Origin: Chthoniobacterales bacterium
GTDB taxonomy: Bacteria; Verrucomicrobiota; Verrucomicrobiia; Chthoniobacterales; Chthoniobacteraceae
Length of the DNA: 64,000 nt
NCBI GenBank assembly: GCA_038207335.1
Contig: JBBQZX010000002.1
Span: 160,001 to 224,000 of the forward strand
Direction of reading: 5' to 3'
Shown: in pieces, positions 39,280 to 47,696 of the stretch
Layout: each line of letters starts with the position of its first letter
Numbering within the stretch: the first letter of the stretch is position 1
Made by a program: the position numbers and the translations under genes
The notes under the pieces: model-generated
What the model was told of the DNA's origin: nothing
The model's input: the letters and a program-made list of their open reading frames with translations, nothing else
The model's database searches: none

Positions 39280-40431
39280 CTACCCCTCCAACTCCGGCAC
39301 ATCCACCCACGCCCGCTTCTCCCAGCTTTTCAGTCCGAGTTCCGCAAGCTGCACTCCTTTCGCCCCCTCCAGCAGCCCCCACGGAAACGGCTCGTCGAGC
39401 ACGACGTGCCGCAGAAAAAGCTCCCACTGCACTTTGAACGCATTGTCAAAAACTTGGTAGTCGGGCACCCGATTCCACCCGTCGGAAAAGTCGATCGGGC
39501 TGTCAATGTCCGGATTCCACGTGCATCGCGGCGTCGCACTCGAGTGCTGTACCACACAATCCCGCAAGCCCGCCACCGCACTCCCGCGCGTCCCATCGAC
39601 CTGCAGCGTCAGCAGATCATCCCGCCGCACGCGCACGCTCCAAGACGAGTTGAATTGCGCGATCACCCCGCCCTCCAGCTCGAACGTCGCATACGCCGAG
39701 TCATCCGCCGTGCAGCGATACGGCTTCCCATCTTCATCTCGCCGCTCCCGCACATGCGTCGCCCCGAGACAGCTCAGTGCAGTCACTTTTCCAAACAGAT
39801 TATCGAGCACGTATCGCCAGTGGCAGAGCATATCCACGATGATGCCGCCGTCGTCCTCCTTCCGATAATTCCACGACGGCCGCTGCGGCTCGACCACATC
39901 CCCCTCGAAGACCCAGTACCCAAATTCTCCACGCACGCTCAGGATCTCGCCGAAAAATCCCGAGTCGATCAGCGTCTTCAGCTTCACCAAACCAGGCAGC
40001 CACAGCTTGTCCTGAACGACCCCGTGCTTGATCCCCGCGCGCTTTGCCACTTCGTAGATTTCAAACGCCGCCGCCGTGCTCACCGCCGTCGGCTTTTCGC
40101 AGTAAACGTGCTTCCCCGCCGCGATGGCTTTTTTCACCGCATCGGCCCGCCGCCCTGTCGTCTGCGCGTCGAAATAGATCACGTTCCTCACATCCGCGAG
40201 TGCCGCATCGAGATCGGTCGTGTGCCGCAAGCGCGCATCCATCGTCGCGAGTTCCGCGAGCTTCGCCGCATTCCGCCCGACCAGAATCGGGTCCGGCATA
40301 ATCGTCTCGCTCTCACTCACGCGCACCCCGCCCTGCCGCATGATCGCGAGGATCGAGCGGATAAAATGCTGATTTTTCCCCATTCGTCCCGTGACGCCAT
40401 TGAGGATGATCCCGACCGTGTGCTGCTTCAT
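39280..40431 (-). CDS. Gfo/Idh/MocA family oxidoreductase
   Basis: NGVTGRMG, GKHVYCEKP, GGIIVDMLCHW. Confidence 0.9.
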   Translation of the reverse strand: MKQHTVGIILNGVTGRMGKNQHFIRSILAIMRQGGVRVSESETIMPDPILVGRNAAKLAELATMDARLRHTTDLDAALADVRNVIYFDAQTTGRRADAVKKAIAAGKHVYCEKPTAVSTAAAFEIYEVAKRAGIKHGVVQDKLWLPGLVKLKTLIDSGFFGEILSVRGEFGYWVFEGDVVEPQRPSWNYRKEDDGGIIVDMLCHWRYVLDNLFGKVTALSCLGATHVRERRDEDGKPYRCTADDSAYATFELEGGVIAQFNSSWSVRVRRDDLLTLQVDGTRGSAVAGLRDCVVQHSSATPRCTWNPDIDSPIDFSDGWNRVPDYQVFDNAFKVQWELFLRHVVLDEPFPWGLLEGAKGVQLAELGLKSWEKRAWVDVPELEG

Positions 40432-40439
40432 TTGATGAG

Positions 40440-40530
40440 GTTGAGAGTTCCTAGTTGAGAGTTGAGATGCGATGAGAAGTGAACGCTCCGAGCGTATCTC
40501 GCTCAACTCTCAACCAACCAACTCTCAACT
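40440..40530. repeat. Heptamer-based inverted repeat element
   Basis: GTTGAGA units (40440-40467) facing TCTCAAC units (40502-40530); 13-bp perfect IR 40454-40466/40502-40514. Confidence 0.7.
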
Positions 40531-40744
40531 AATCCTCATCCGTGCCCCACAGGTGCTCCTGCGTCCACTTCGATTCGTAGAGTTTGCACAGTCCGATCGC
40601 CGGCGCGACCCCGCCCGTGAACGACGCCGCCGTCGTGTATTGCTTGTCCTCGTCGTACGTGCCGACGGCAATGACGACGTGCTCGAAATGCTCGCTCAGC
40701 GTTTCAAAAACTCGGTCGATGGCTTCCTGTTGCGATTGGTTCAT
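40529..40744 (-). CDS. Small hypothetical protein
   Basis: 71-aa ORF in operon position between cupin and oxidoreductase. Confidence 0.6.
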   Translation of the reverse strand: MNQSQQEAIDRVFETLSEHFEHVVIAVGTYDEDKQYTTAASFTGGVAPAIGLCKLYESKWTQEHLWGTDED

Positions 40745-40753
40745 GGCTGTGGA

Positions 40754-41206
40754 TTACGTGGATGGTGGCGCGTCCGTGCATTGCGGCCAGGCGCCCACGG
40801 GAAGCGGCGGCGCATCGGCTCCGGCGCGCGGCAGCGTGCCGTCGAGCTCCTGCCGCCAATGCGCCACGTCGCCCGCGGGTCCGTAGCAGTAGATCATGCG
40901 GAGCGGCGTGTCGCCCGTGTTCGTGAGCTGATGAAAAACGCCCGTTGGAATGTAAATCATCTGCCCGCCCTCAACCGTCTGCCGCTCCTCGCCGAGACAC
41001 ATTTCACCCGTCCCTTGGACGATAAAATAAACCTCTTCCTGCTCTTGATTGTGCCACGGCACCTGTCCGCCGCGCGGCTCCAACACTACATTCCCAATTG
41101 CAAAATTTTGCGGCTGAATCGGCGCCACACCGCCCGCAAGATTCTGCGTGCGACGCCCAGCGGGATAAGTGCGACCGGCAATCTGTGAGAGATCGGAAAC
41201 GAGCAT
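40754..41206 (-). CDS. Cupin domain protein
   Basis: PWHNQEQEEVYFIVQGTG and IYIPTGVFHQLTN cupin motifs. Confidence 0.88.
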   Translation of the reverse strand: MLVSDLSQIAGRTYPAGRRTQNLAGGVAPIQPQNFAIGNVVLEPRGGQVPWHNQEQEEVYFIVQGTGEMCLGEERQTVEGGQMIYIPTGVFHQLTNTGDTPLRMIYCYGPAGDVAHWRQELDGTLPRAGADAPPLPVGAWPQCTDAPPST

Positions 41207-41209
41207 GGC

Positions 41210-42598
41210 CTACTTTTCTAACGGCCCGAAAAAGGTGAGATAGACCCCACCATCGAGCACGCGCCCGACGTAAAGCGCCAGCTCCCGCGCGTGATAATCG
41301 CCCCACATGCTCGACTCGCCGCACGGCACCTTCCGACCCGGCGCGATGTAATCCCAGCCATTCGGCCGATGATAAACCGAGTGCAGCAACAGCCCCTGAT
41401 GATTCGGATCGGTGCTCAGATATGCCTCCGAAAAAAGCGTGTCCGCGATCGTCAATCCCGCGTGCCAGAAACGCCCGGCATCGCCATTCAATCCGCGTTT
41501 TCTCAAAAAATGTCCGAGCCGCAAAAGCCCCTGCGCCGCAATCGCCGCCGCCGAGCTATCGACCGGTTCGTGCTCGTTGAAAGGCTCCGCCGCTCGGTCG
41601 AGATAATTGCCCATCTTCATCAGCCCCGGCGCGCCCGTATCCCAGTACGGCACGCCATCCGTCGGCGTGTTCTCGATGTAAAAATCGCACGTCGCTTTCG
41701 CCGCGTTCAGCATCACTGCCTCGACCGCCTCTCGCCCGCCGACCCGCTCCAGCGCTTGATCCGCAAGCGTCGCGATCCATTCGAGCTGCTCCGCAAAGCC
41801 GCACATGATCCACGCCAGCCCGCGCGTCCATGTGGTGAACGCCGAATAGCCCTGCTGCGAGTTCGGGCACCGATGCGTGCCATCGTTCACATTGAAAATG
41901 CTCTCGTGCGCCACCCTCCCGCGCACGTCGTACGCGTCGCGCTTCGACCCGTAATAAACCGCCCACTTCGCAGTCGTCCGCGCGTGCTCGACGAGCCGCC
42001 GGAGCAGCGAAACTTTCTCATCCCGCTCACCCATGAGCACGTGCCCGAGCTGATGTGAAAGCGCTAGCGACCGCAGCGACCGAATCGTGTCGGCAAAAAG
42101 CGAATGCGGCCCATTGAACGAGTGAATGAACCCTTCGCCATTTGAAAGATGCGTCCAGCGCGTCGCCTGCACCGCGCCCGAGCATTTCAGCGCGAGCTCA
42201 TAAAGCTGCCGCTCCCGCTCGTCCGCCGCGATGCGCCCCTCGCGCATTAGCCGCCACAAATTTCCGTACGTGCTCACGTTATTGAAGCCGTGATCGTGCA
42301 CGCCGGTGTGCGTGATGTGATGCGCCATCCGCTCGATCGTCCTCTCCCGACCGAGTCGCAAAAACGACTGCTCCCCCGTCGCGTCGAATTGCAACAGCGC
42401 CGAGCCATACACGAATCCCTGCGTCCATTCCGTCCACCCGCGCGCCGTGTATCTGCCCGCGACCGTGAATACCGGCGTCGCCGCGCCCGGCTTCTCATCC
42501 GCGTCGATCGACCAGATTTTCGACGCCGAATGCTCCCACACCCGCCGCGCCTTGCGCTGCAAATCTTCGGGCCGCAAATCTTGGTTGATCCGGATCAT
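41210..42598 (-). CDS. GH88-like (alpha/alpha)6 glycoside hydrolase (unsaturated uronyl hydrolase-like)
   Basis: WTEWTQGF, HDHGF, TWTRGLAW, VPYWD, DSSAAAIAA, WGDY. Confidence 0.75.
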   Translation of the reverse strand: MIRINQDLRPEDLQRKARRVWEHSASKIWSIDADEKPGAATPVFTVAGRYTARGWTEWTQGFVYGSALLQFDATGEQSFLRLGRERTIERMAHHITHTGVHDHGFNNVSTYGNLWRLMREGRIAADERERQLYELALKCSGAVQATRWTHLSNGEGFIHSFNGPHSLFADTIRSLRSLALSHQLGHVLMGERDEKVSLLRRLVEHARTTAKWAVYYGSKRDAYDVRGRVAHESIFNVNDGTHRCPNSQQGYSAFTTWTRGLAWIMCGFAEQLEWIATLADQALERVGGREAVEAVMLNAAKATCDFYIENTPTDGVPYWDTGAPGLMKMGNYLDRAAEPFNEHEPVDSSAAAIAAQGLLRLGHFLRKRGLNGDAGRFWHAGLTIADTLFSEAYLSTDPNHQGLLLHSVYHRPNGWDYIAPGRKVPCGESSMWGDYHARELALYVGRVLDGGVYLTFFGPLEK

Positions 42599-43384
42599 TT
42601 ACAGCGTCCTCAAATGGAACCCGCCATCGACGTGAAACACCTGCCCGGTCGAGTAGGGAAAATGTCCGCTAGCAATCGCGGTCACACATTTTCCGACATC
42701 GTCCACGCTACCCCAGCGATTGATCGGCGCAAATCCGCTCGCGAAAAGCGCGTCGTATTTCGCTTTCACCGGCCCCGTCATGTCCGTGTCGATCACGCCC
42801 GGCTGAATCTCGAAAACGCCGATCCCAAACTCCGCGAGCCGCACCGCGAAAAGCTTTGTCATCATCCCGATGCCGGCCTTAGTGATGCAGTAATCGCCGC
42901 GATTCGTGGAGACGGTGAATGCAGAAATGCTCGACACATTCACCACCGCTCGCGCGACTCCGTTGTCGATCGCGGGCGATTCCACCATCAGCTTCGCCGC
43001 AGCCTGCGTGAGGAAAAACGGCCCGCGCAAATTCACCCCGACGACGGTGTCAAAACTCTCCTCCGTCGCATCGAGAATGTCAGCGCGCCCCGGAGATGTG
43101 ATGCCCGCATTGTTCACCAGCAGATCGAGCCGCCCAAATTTCGTCCGCACGAAATCTACGACGCGCGCGCGATCTTCAGCGACCGAAACATCTCCCTGCA
43201 CGACCTCAACCGCCGCCTCATTCGCGCCCACCTCCCGGCATAAAGCGCGCGCGTCTTCAGCAGCTTGCGCATTAACCGCAAAGTTCAAAACGAGGTCATG
43301 CCGCCCCGCACGCGCGAGCGCGAGCGCGATCCCGCGACCGATGCCGCGCGACCCGCCGGTGATGAGTGCGACCCCGCGCCTCAT
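42599..43384 (-). CDS. Short-chain dehydrogenase/reductase
   Basis: TGGSRGIG, NNAG, YCITK, PGVIDTDMT, VDGG. Confidence 0.9.
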   Translation of the reverse strand: MRRGVALITGGSRGIGRGIALALARAGRHDLVLNFAVNAQAAEDARALCREVGANEAAVEVVQGDVSVAEDRARVVDFVRTKFGRLDLLVNNAGITSPGRADILDATEESFDTVVGVNLRGPFFLTQAAAKLMVESPAIDNGVARAVVNVSSISAFTVSTNRGDYCITKAGIGMMTKLFAVRLAEFGIGVFEIQPGVIDTDMTGPVKAKYDALFASGFAPINRWGSVDDVGKCVTAIASGHFPYSTGQVFHVDGGFHLRTL

Positions 43385-43391
43385 CGCGAAA

Positions 43392-44255
43392 TCAAGCCGT
43401 GGCCGACGCGGCGATTTCCTCACCCACCATGTAGCGGATGAAGCTACGGATCGTCAGTCTCTCACCGAGCGCCTTGCTCTTTTCCTCAAGCAATTGGCTG
43501 ATCGACTGGTCTGGGTTCTTGATGAACGACTGATCCATCAAGCACGACTGGCTGTAAAATTTGTCCATCTTCCCATCGACGATTTTCTCGATGATGTTCG
43601 CCGGTTTTCCGGGCGGCACCTGCCCGCGATAAATCTCGCGCTCGCGATCCACCAGCGCCGGTGGCACCGCCGACCGATCGACGCTCACCGGATTCGCCGC
43701 CGCGATTTGCAACGTGATGTCCCGGACGAGCTGCTTGAAATCTTCGCTCTGCGCCGTCTCGTCCTTCTCCGCGCCGACCTCAACGAGCACGCCGACTTTT
43801 CCGCCCGTGTGAATGTAGGCAGCGACGAGCCCGTTGCCCTTCACCTCGATCCGGTCATGCCGACGAATCCGCACGTTCTCGCCGATCTTCTGCACCGCGG
43901 CGACGCGATCGCTCTCGACATCCGCACCTGGCTGCGTCGCGAACTTCTCCGCGATCTCATCCGAGAACGCCTTGAAGCTGTCGTTTTTCGCGACGAAGTC
44001 CGTCTCGCAATTCACCTCGACGAGCACGCCGACTTTCGCACCCGGCAAAATCGCCTGCGCGATCACGCCGTCCTTCGCTTCGCGATCCGCTTTTTTCGCC
44101 GCGCTTGCCGCGCCTTTTTTGCGCAGCACATCGATCGCCGCCTCGATGTCGCCGTTGGATTCCGCAAGCGCGCGCTTACATTCCATCAGACCGGCATTGG
44201 TCTTTTCGCGGAGGGTTTTGACGAGTTGGGCATCGATTACGACAGGTGTGCTCAT
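43392..44255 (-). CDS. tsf: Elongation factor Ts
   Basis: LVKTLREKTNAGLMECK, EVNCETDFVAKN, IGEN. Confidence 0.97.
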   Translation of the reverse strand: MSTPVVIDAQLVKTLREKTNAGLMECKRALAESNGDIEAAIDVLRKKGAASAAKKADREAKDGVIAQAILPGAKVGVLVEVNCETDFVAKNDSFKAFSDEIAEKFATQPGADVESDRVAAVQKIGENVRIRRHDRIEVKGNGLVAAYIHTGGKVGVLVEVGAEKDETAQSEDFKQLVRDITLQIAAANPVSVDRSAVPPALVDREREIYRGQVPPGKPANIIEKIVDGKMDKFYSQSCLMDQSFIKNPDQSISQLLEEKSKALGERLTIRSFIRYMVGEEIAASATA

Positions 44256-44282
44256 GGGATAATTTTTTGGCTTGTTGGGGTT

Positions 44283-44321
44283 AAAAAAGCAGAGACGAGA
44301 GCGGTACGCCCTCGTCTCTGC
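44283..44321 (-). terminator. Terminator/attenuator-like hairpin between rpsB and tsf
   Basis: gcagagacgag/ctcgtctctgc stem followed by U6 on - strand. Confidence 0.7.
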
Positions 44322-44341
44322 GGAAATGAAATGGACGGGGA

Positions 44342-45067
44342 TTACTCGCTGACGCCGGCGAGTTCCGCCTGTGCCTTCCGCGCGCTCGTGCCGCCGCCCG
44401 AAACGATCGCATCGACAACCTTTTGAAGGATGATGCGGATCGCGCGGATCGCGTCGTCATTTCCGGCGATCGGGTAGTCGATCAGCTCCGGGTCCGCATT
44501 GGTATCGACGATGGCGACGATCGGAATCTTGAGGCGCTTGGCCTCCGCGACCGCGATCGTTTCGCGCTGCGAGTCGATAATGACCATCGCATCCGGCAAC
44601 TTCTCCATACCGCGGATTCCCTCGAGATTGCGCTTCAGCTTCTCGCCCTCGCGACCCATCGCCGACAGCTCCTTTTTGCCCATCTTGCTGTAGATCGGGT
44701 TCTTCTCGATGTCCTCGATGTATTTGAGCCGCGCGATGCTTTTGCGGATCGTCGTGAGATTCGTGAGCGTGCCGCCGAGCCAGCGCTGATTCACGTAAAA
44801 TTGGCCGCAGGCCTGCGCCGCTTCCTTCACCGCTTCCTGCGCCTGCTTCTTGCAGCCCACGAAAAGAATCTTGCCGTTTTTCGCGGACACATCGCTGAGA
44901 AACTTCGTCGCTTCATCGAGCTGCTTCACCGTCGCGCCGAGGTCGATGATGTAGATGGCGTTGCGCTTCTCGAAAATGAACGGCTTCATTTTCGGGTTCC
45001 ACCGTTTGGTCTGGTGGCCAAAGTGGACCCCGGCTTCGAGGAGTTCCGTCATCAATTCTGTGGACAT
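44342..45067 (-). CDS. rpsB: 30S ribosomal protein S2
   Basis: [37 protein letters not shown]. Confidence 0.98.
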   Translation of the reverse strand: MSTELMTELLEAGVHFGHQTKRWNPKMKPFIFEKRNAIYIIDLGATVKQLDEATKFLSDVSAKNGKILFVGCKKQAQEAVKEAAQACGQFYVNQRWLGGTLTNLTTIRKSIARLKYIEDIEKNPIYSKMGKKELSAMGREGEKLKRNLEGIRGMEKLPDAMVIIDSQRETIAVAEAKRLKIPIVAIVDTNADPELIDYPIAGNDDAIRAIRIILQKVVDAIVSGGGTSARKAQAELAGVSE

Positions 45068-45188
45068 AAATAGTAGGCGTGCTTTTTGGAAAAGGGCGCG
45101 AAGTCTGCATCACCACCCCTTCGCGCGCAAGATAGATTTTGAGGTATTTTCCGTCTCAAAAATCGAGACAACTCAGGAAGTTCGGTTT

Positions 45189-47003
45189 CTAGAAATTGCC
45201 ACTGTTAAAATCGGTGCCAATGAAGTCCGTGCTATTGAAGTCCGTGCCGTCGAAGCTGCTGTCTGTGGAGTCGGGCAGCGGCACAGTGCCACTCGGAACC
45301 GTCGGCGTTGTCGGCCTCACGGGCGTTGTTTCGACAGTCGTCGCGATCTCGATGCTGCCGGAAAGCTCGTGCCCGAGGAATATGCCGTGGCCCGCGGACT
45401 GGCTCTGCAACAGCACTCCGTTGAATTTCGTCCGCTCGCGCCGGTCGCTGCCCGAATGAAACCGGCCGCTGAAATAGCCGGTCTTCCGATCCACCTTCAC
45501 ACTCACCGCATCGAGATCGGTGTCGAGCACCTGAAACTTGTCGTTCTCCGAAACCCGCACCTCATGCGTGAAACCCGTAACATCCCCACCGCTCGCGGTG
45601 ATGCTCGCGCGCGCCGCCTCGATATTTTTGCGTTGCAAAGACCGCTGATTTTTCTCCGGCGGCTCATACCGCGAACCACTCGCCGTGATGCTCGTGTCAA
45701 ATCCATCAGGGAAATACTTCGAGCTGCTGCTCTTCCGAGTCCACTCCGCCGATCCCGAGATCGTGTCCCCCAGATTCAGCGTCCCGCTCAAAGTCGATCC
45801 GTGACGCGTGACAAATATCGGCATTACTGGCGCGCTCGACGTTCCTCCGACAAACGCGGTCGCCGAAAACTCGCGCCCGTCACCCATCCGTCCGCGCACC
45901 TTCGCCTTGCCGGACTCACGCACTTTGACGGTCATCCAGCCATGCCCCTGCGGCAGAGTGCTCGTGGCGGAAACCGCCACCCCAGTCGTTGTATCAGTGC
46001 CGCGTGTGGCGCTCGATCCCGGAGGAAGATCGACGGTGTAACGTCCCGCGATCACCACTCTTCGTTCTTCGGAAATGCGCGCAACCTCCACCGTTGCTGT
46101 CCACATTCCTCCGCCGAAAGTCGCTTTGATCGTGTTGCTCGCAGAGCCCAATTCGATCTCCAAGCGGATAGGAATGAGCTGAGCGCCCGACACCGCGTTG
46201 CCCACAAAAATCCCGGCTGAATCGAACGCGCCGAAGAGCCCGTAGCTACTCTTCCCGATCTTCAATTTTCCAGAAAATGCGCCACTCTGCAACACATCGA
46301 GCGCGAGGTATCCGACGACAGCCCCGCTCTCATCCTTCACCAGCGCACCGTGCTCGCCGGCGCCGCCTACAAATGGAGCCCGAACCGTGACCGTGGCCGT
46401 TGCCGCGCTGCCGAACCCATCGACCGCCGTATAACTAAAACTGTCCAGCCCCGCGAATGTTGCGCTCGGCGAATAAACCACCTGCTTTCCAACAATTGTC
46501 GCGACTCCCGCGCTAGGCCGGCTCACTGCACTCAACTTGAGCAAGACACCGTCAGGATCGGAGTCATTGGCCAGCACAGCGATCGTTACACTTTCCACAG
46601 TTCGGATCATGACCGAGTCGGCCCGCAGGACGGGGCTTTTATTGGTCGTGAAAAAGGTAGAGTCCGCGGTGGTAGTCGTCGTCGTCCCATCCGTAAAAAC
46701 AAAGCGCTGATGGTAAATCGTATTCCCGGCGAGGCGCTCGAGTGTGGCCTCAACAGCCCGCGCAGCATCCGTCGAAGTAACCGCCACGGATGTTGTGTTC
46801 GAACCGTAGGCGATGGTCTTTCCATACTCGAAATAGACGGTGCCCGCCTGCCCGTCCGCAGTAAAAATGCTGTGCAAAGTGGCCTTCCCATCTTTGACGT
46901 TCGTAACCGCGGACTCAGAAAGCGTTGGTGCCGCAAAACTGGTCGGGCCGAGAAGTGCGATAACGCCGAGAATGATCGAGAAAAGGGAAAGGGCTCGTTT
47001 CAT
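45189..47003 (-). CDS. Secreted surface protein with FN3-like and Ig-like (Big_9/cadherin-like) domains
   Basis: Signal peptide; VYFEYGKTIAYG (FN3-like), VLANDSDPDG...GLDSFSYTAVDG (Big_9-like). Confidence 0.75.
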   Translation of the reverse strand: MKRALSLFSIILGVIALLGPTSFAAPTLSESAVTNVKDGKATLHSIFTADGQAGTVYFEYGKTIAYGSNTTSVAVTSTDAARAVEATLERLAGNTIYHQRFVFTDGTTTTTTADSTFFTTNKSPVLRADSVMIRTVESVTIAVLANDSDPDGVLLKLSAVSRPSAGVATIVGKQVVYSPSATFAGLDSFSYTAVDGFGSAATATVTVRAPFVGGAGEHGALVKDESGAVVGYLALDVLQSGAFSGKLKIGKSSYGLFGAFDSAGIFVGNAVSGAQLIPIRLEIELGSASNTIKATFGGGMWTATVEVARISEERRVVIAGRYTVDLPPGSSATRGTDTTTGVAVSATSTLPQGHGWMTVKVRESGKAKVRGRMGDGREFSATAFVGGTSSAPVMPIFVTRHGSTLSGTLNLGDTISGSAEWTRKSSSSKYFPDGFDTSITASGSRYEPPEKNQRSLQRKNIEAARASITASGGDVTGFTHEVRVSENDKFQVLDTDLDAVSVKVDRKTGYFSGRFHSGSDRRERTKFNGVLLQSQSAGHGIFLGHELSGSIEIATTVETTPVRPTTPTVPSGTVPLPDSTDSSFDGTDFNSTDFIGTDFNSGNF

Positions 47004-47076
47004 GGGGGAAGAACGCGAAGGGTTTGCAGATGCTCCGCCAACTTTGCCAACCAGCAAGCGGATTATAACGCGATGC

Positions 47077-47619
47077 TCACGCTACGCCGGCACGTGTCTC
47101 GACGAAACGCGCGTAGAGCCAGCAGAGATCGGAGAGCCGGTTGAGATAGCGCACGATCTCGGGATTTACCTTCGGATTCGCGGTGCCCATTTCGATTACC
47201 GCCCGCTCCGTCCGGCGGCAGACCGTCCTGGCGACATCCAGCGTGGCGCTCTCTCTCGTCGCTCCGGGCGTCGCCCAATGCTTGAAACTGATCTGATAGG
47301 ACTTCTCCAACTCGTCGATGCGCGCAGTCAACCGGTCAACCATCGCTGTATCCACCAACGTAAAGCCCGCCACCACATAACGCTCGTGGTCTTCCGCCGC
47401 CGTTCCGATTTCGCCCATCAAAGTCACCAACTCCTTTTGCACCGCGAAGAGATGATCGGTGACAAACGCATCCTCGCAAAACGCTCGCACCATCCCGAGC
47501 GCCGCGTTCAATTCATCGCATGCGCCATTCGCAACGATTCGCGGATCGGTCTTCATCACACGACGCCCAAACATGAGCGCCGTCGTTCCATCATCCCCAG
47601 TTTTTGTAGCGATCGACAT
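47077..47619 (-). CDS. pduO: ATP:cob(I)alamin adenosyltransferase, PduO type
   Basis: TKTGDDGTT, DELNAALG, RTVCRRTER, YLNRLSD. Confidence 0.92.
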   Translation of the reverse strand: MSIATKTGDDGTTALMFGRRVMKTDPRIVANGACDELNAALGMVRAFCEDAFVTDHLFAVQKELVTLMGEIGTAAEDHERYVVAGFTLVDTAMVDRLTARIDELEKSYQISFKHWATPGATRESATLDVARTVCRRTERAVIEMGTANPKVNPEIVRYLNRLSDLCWLYARFVETRAGVA

Positions 47620-47696
47620 ACAGCGAAACGAGTAGGGGTTGAGAGCGAGAGACTGGCTCTCGACCCCCAACCCCAAAACTCTAAACCTCGACGAGC

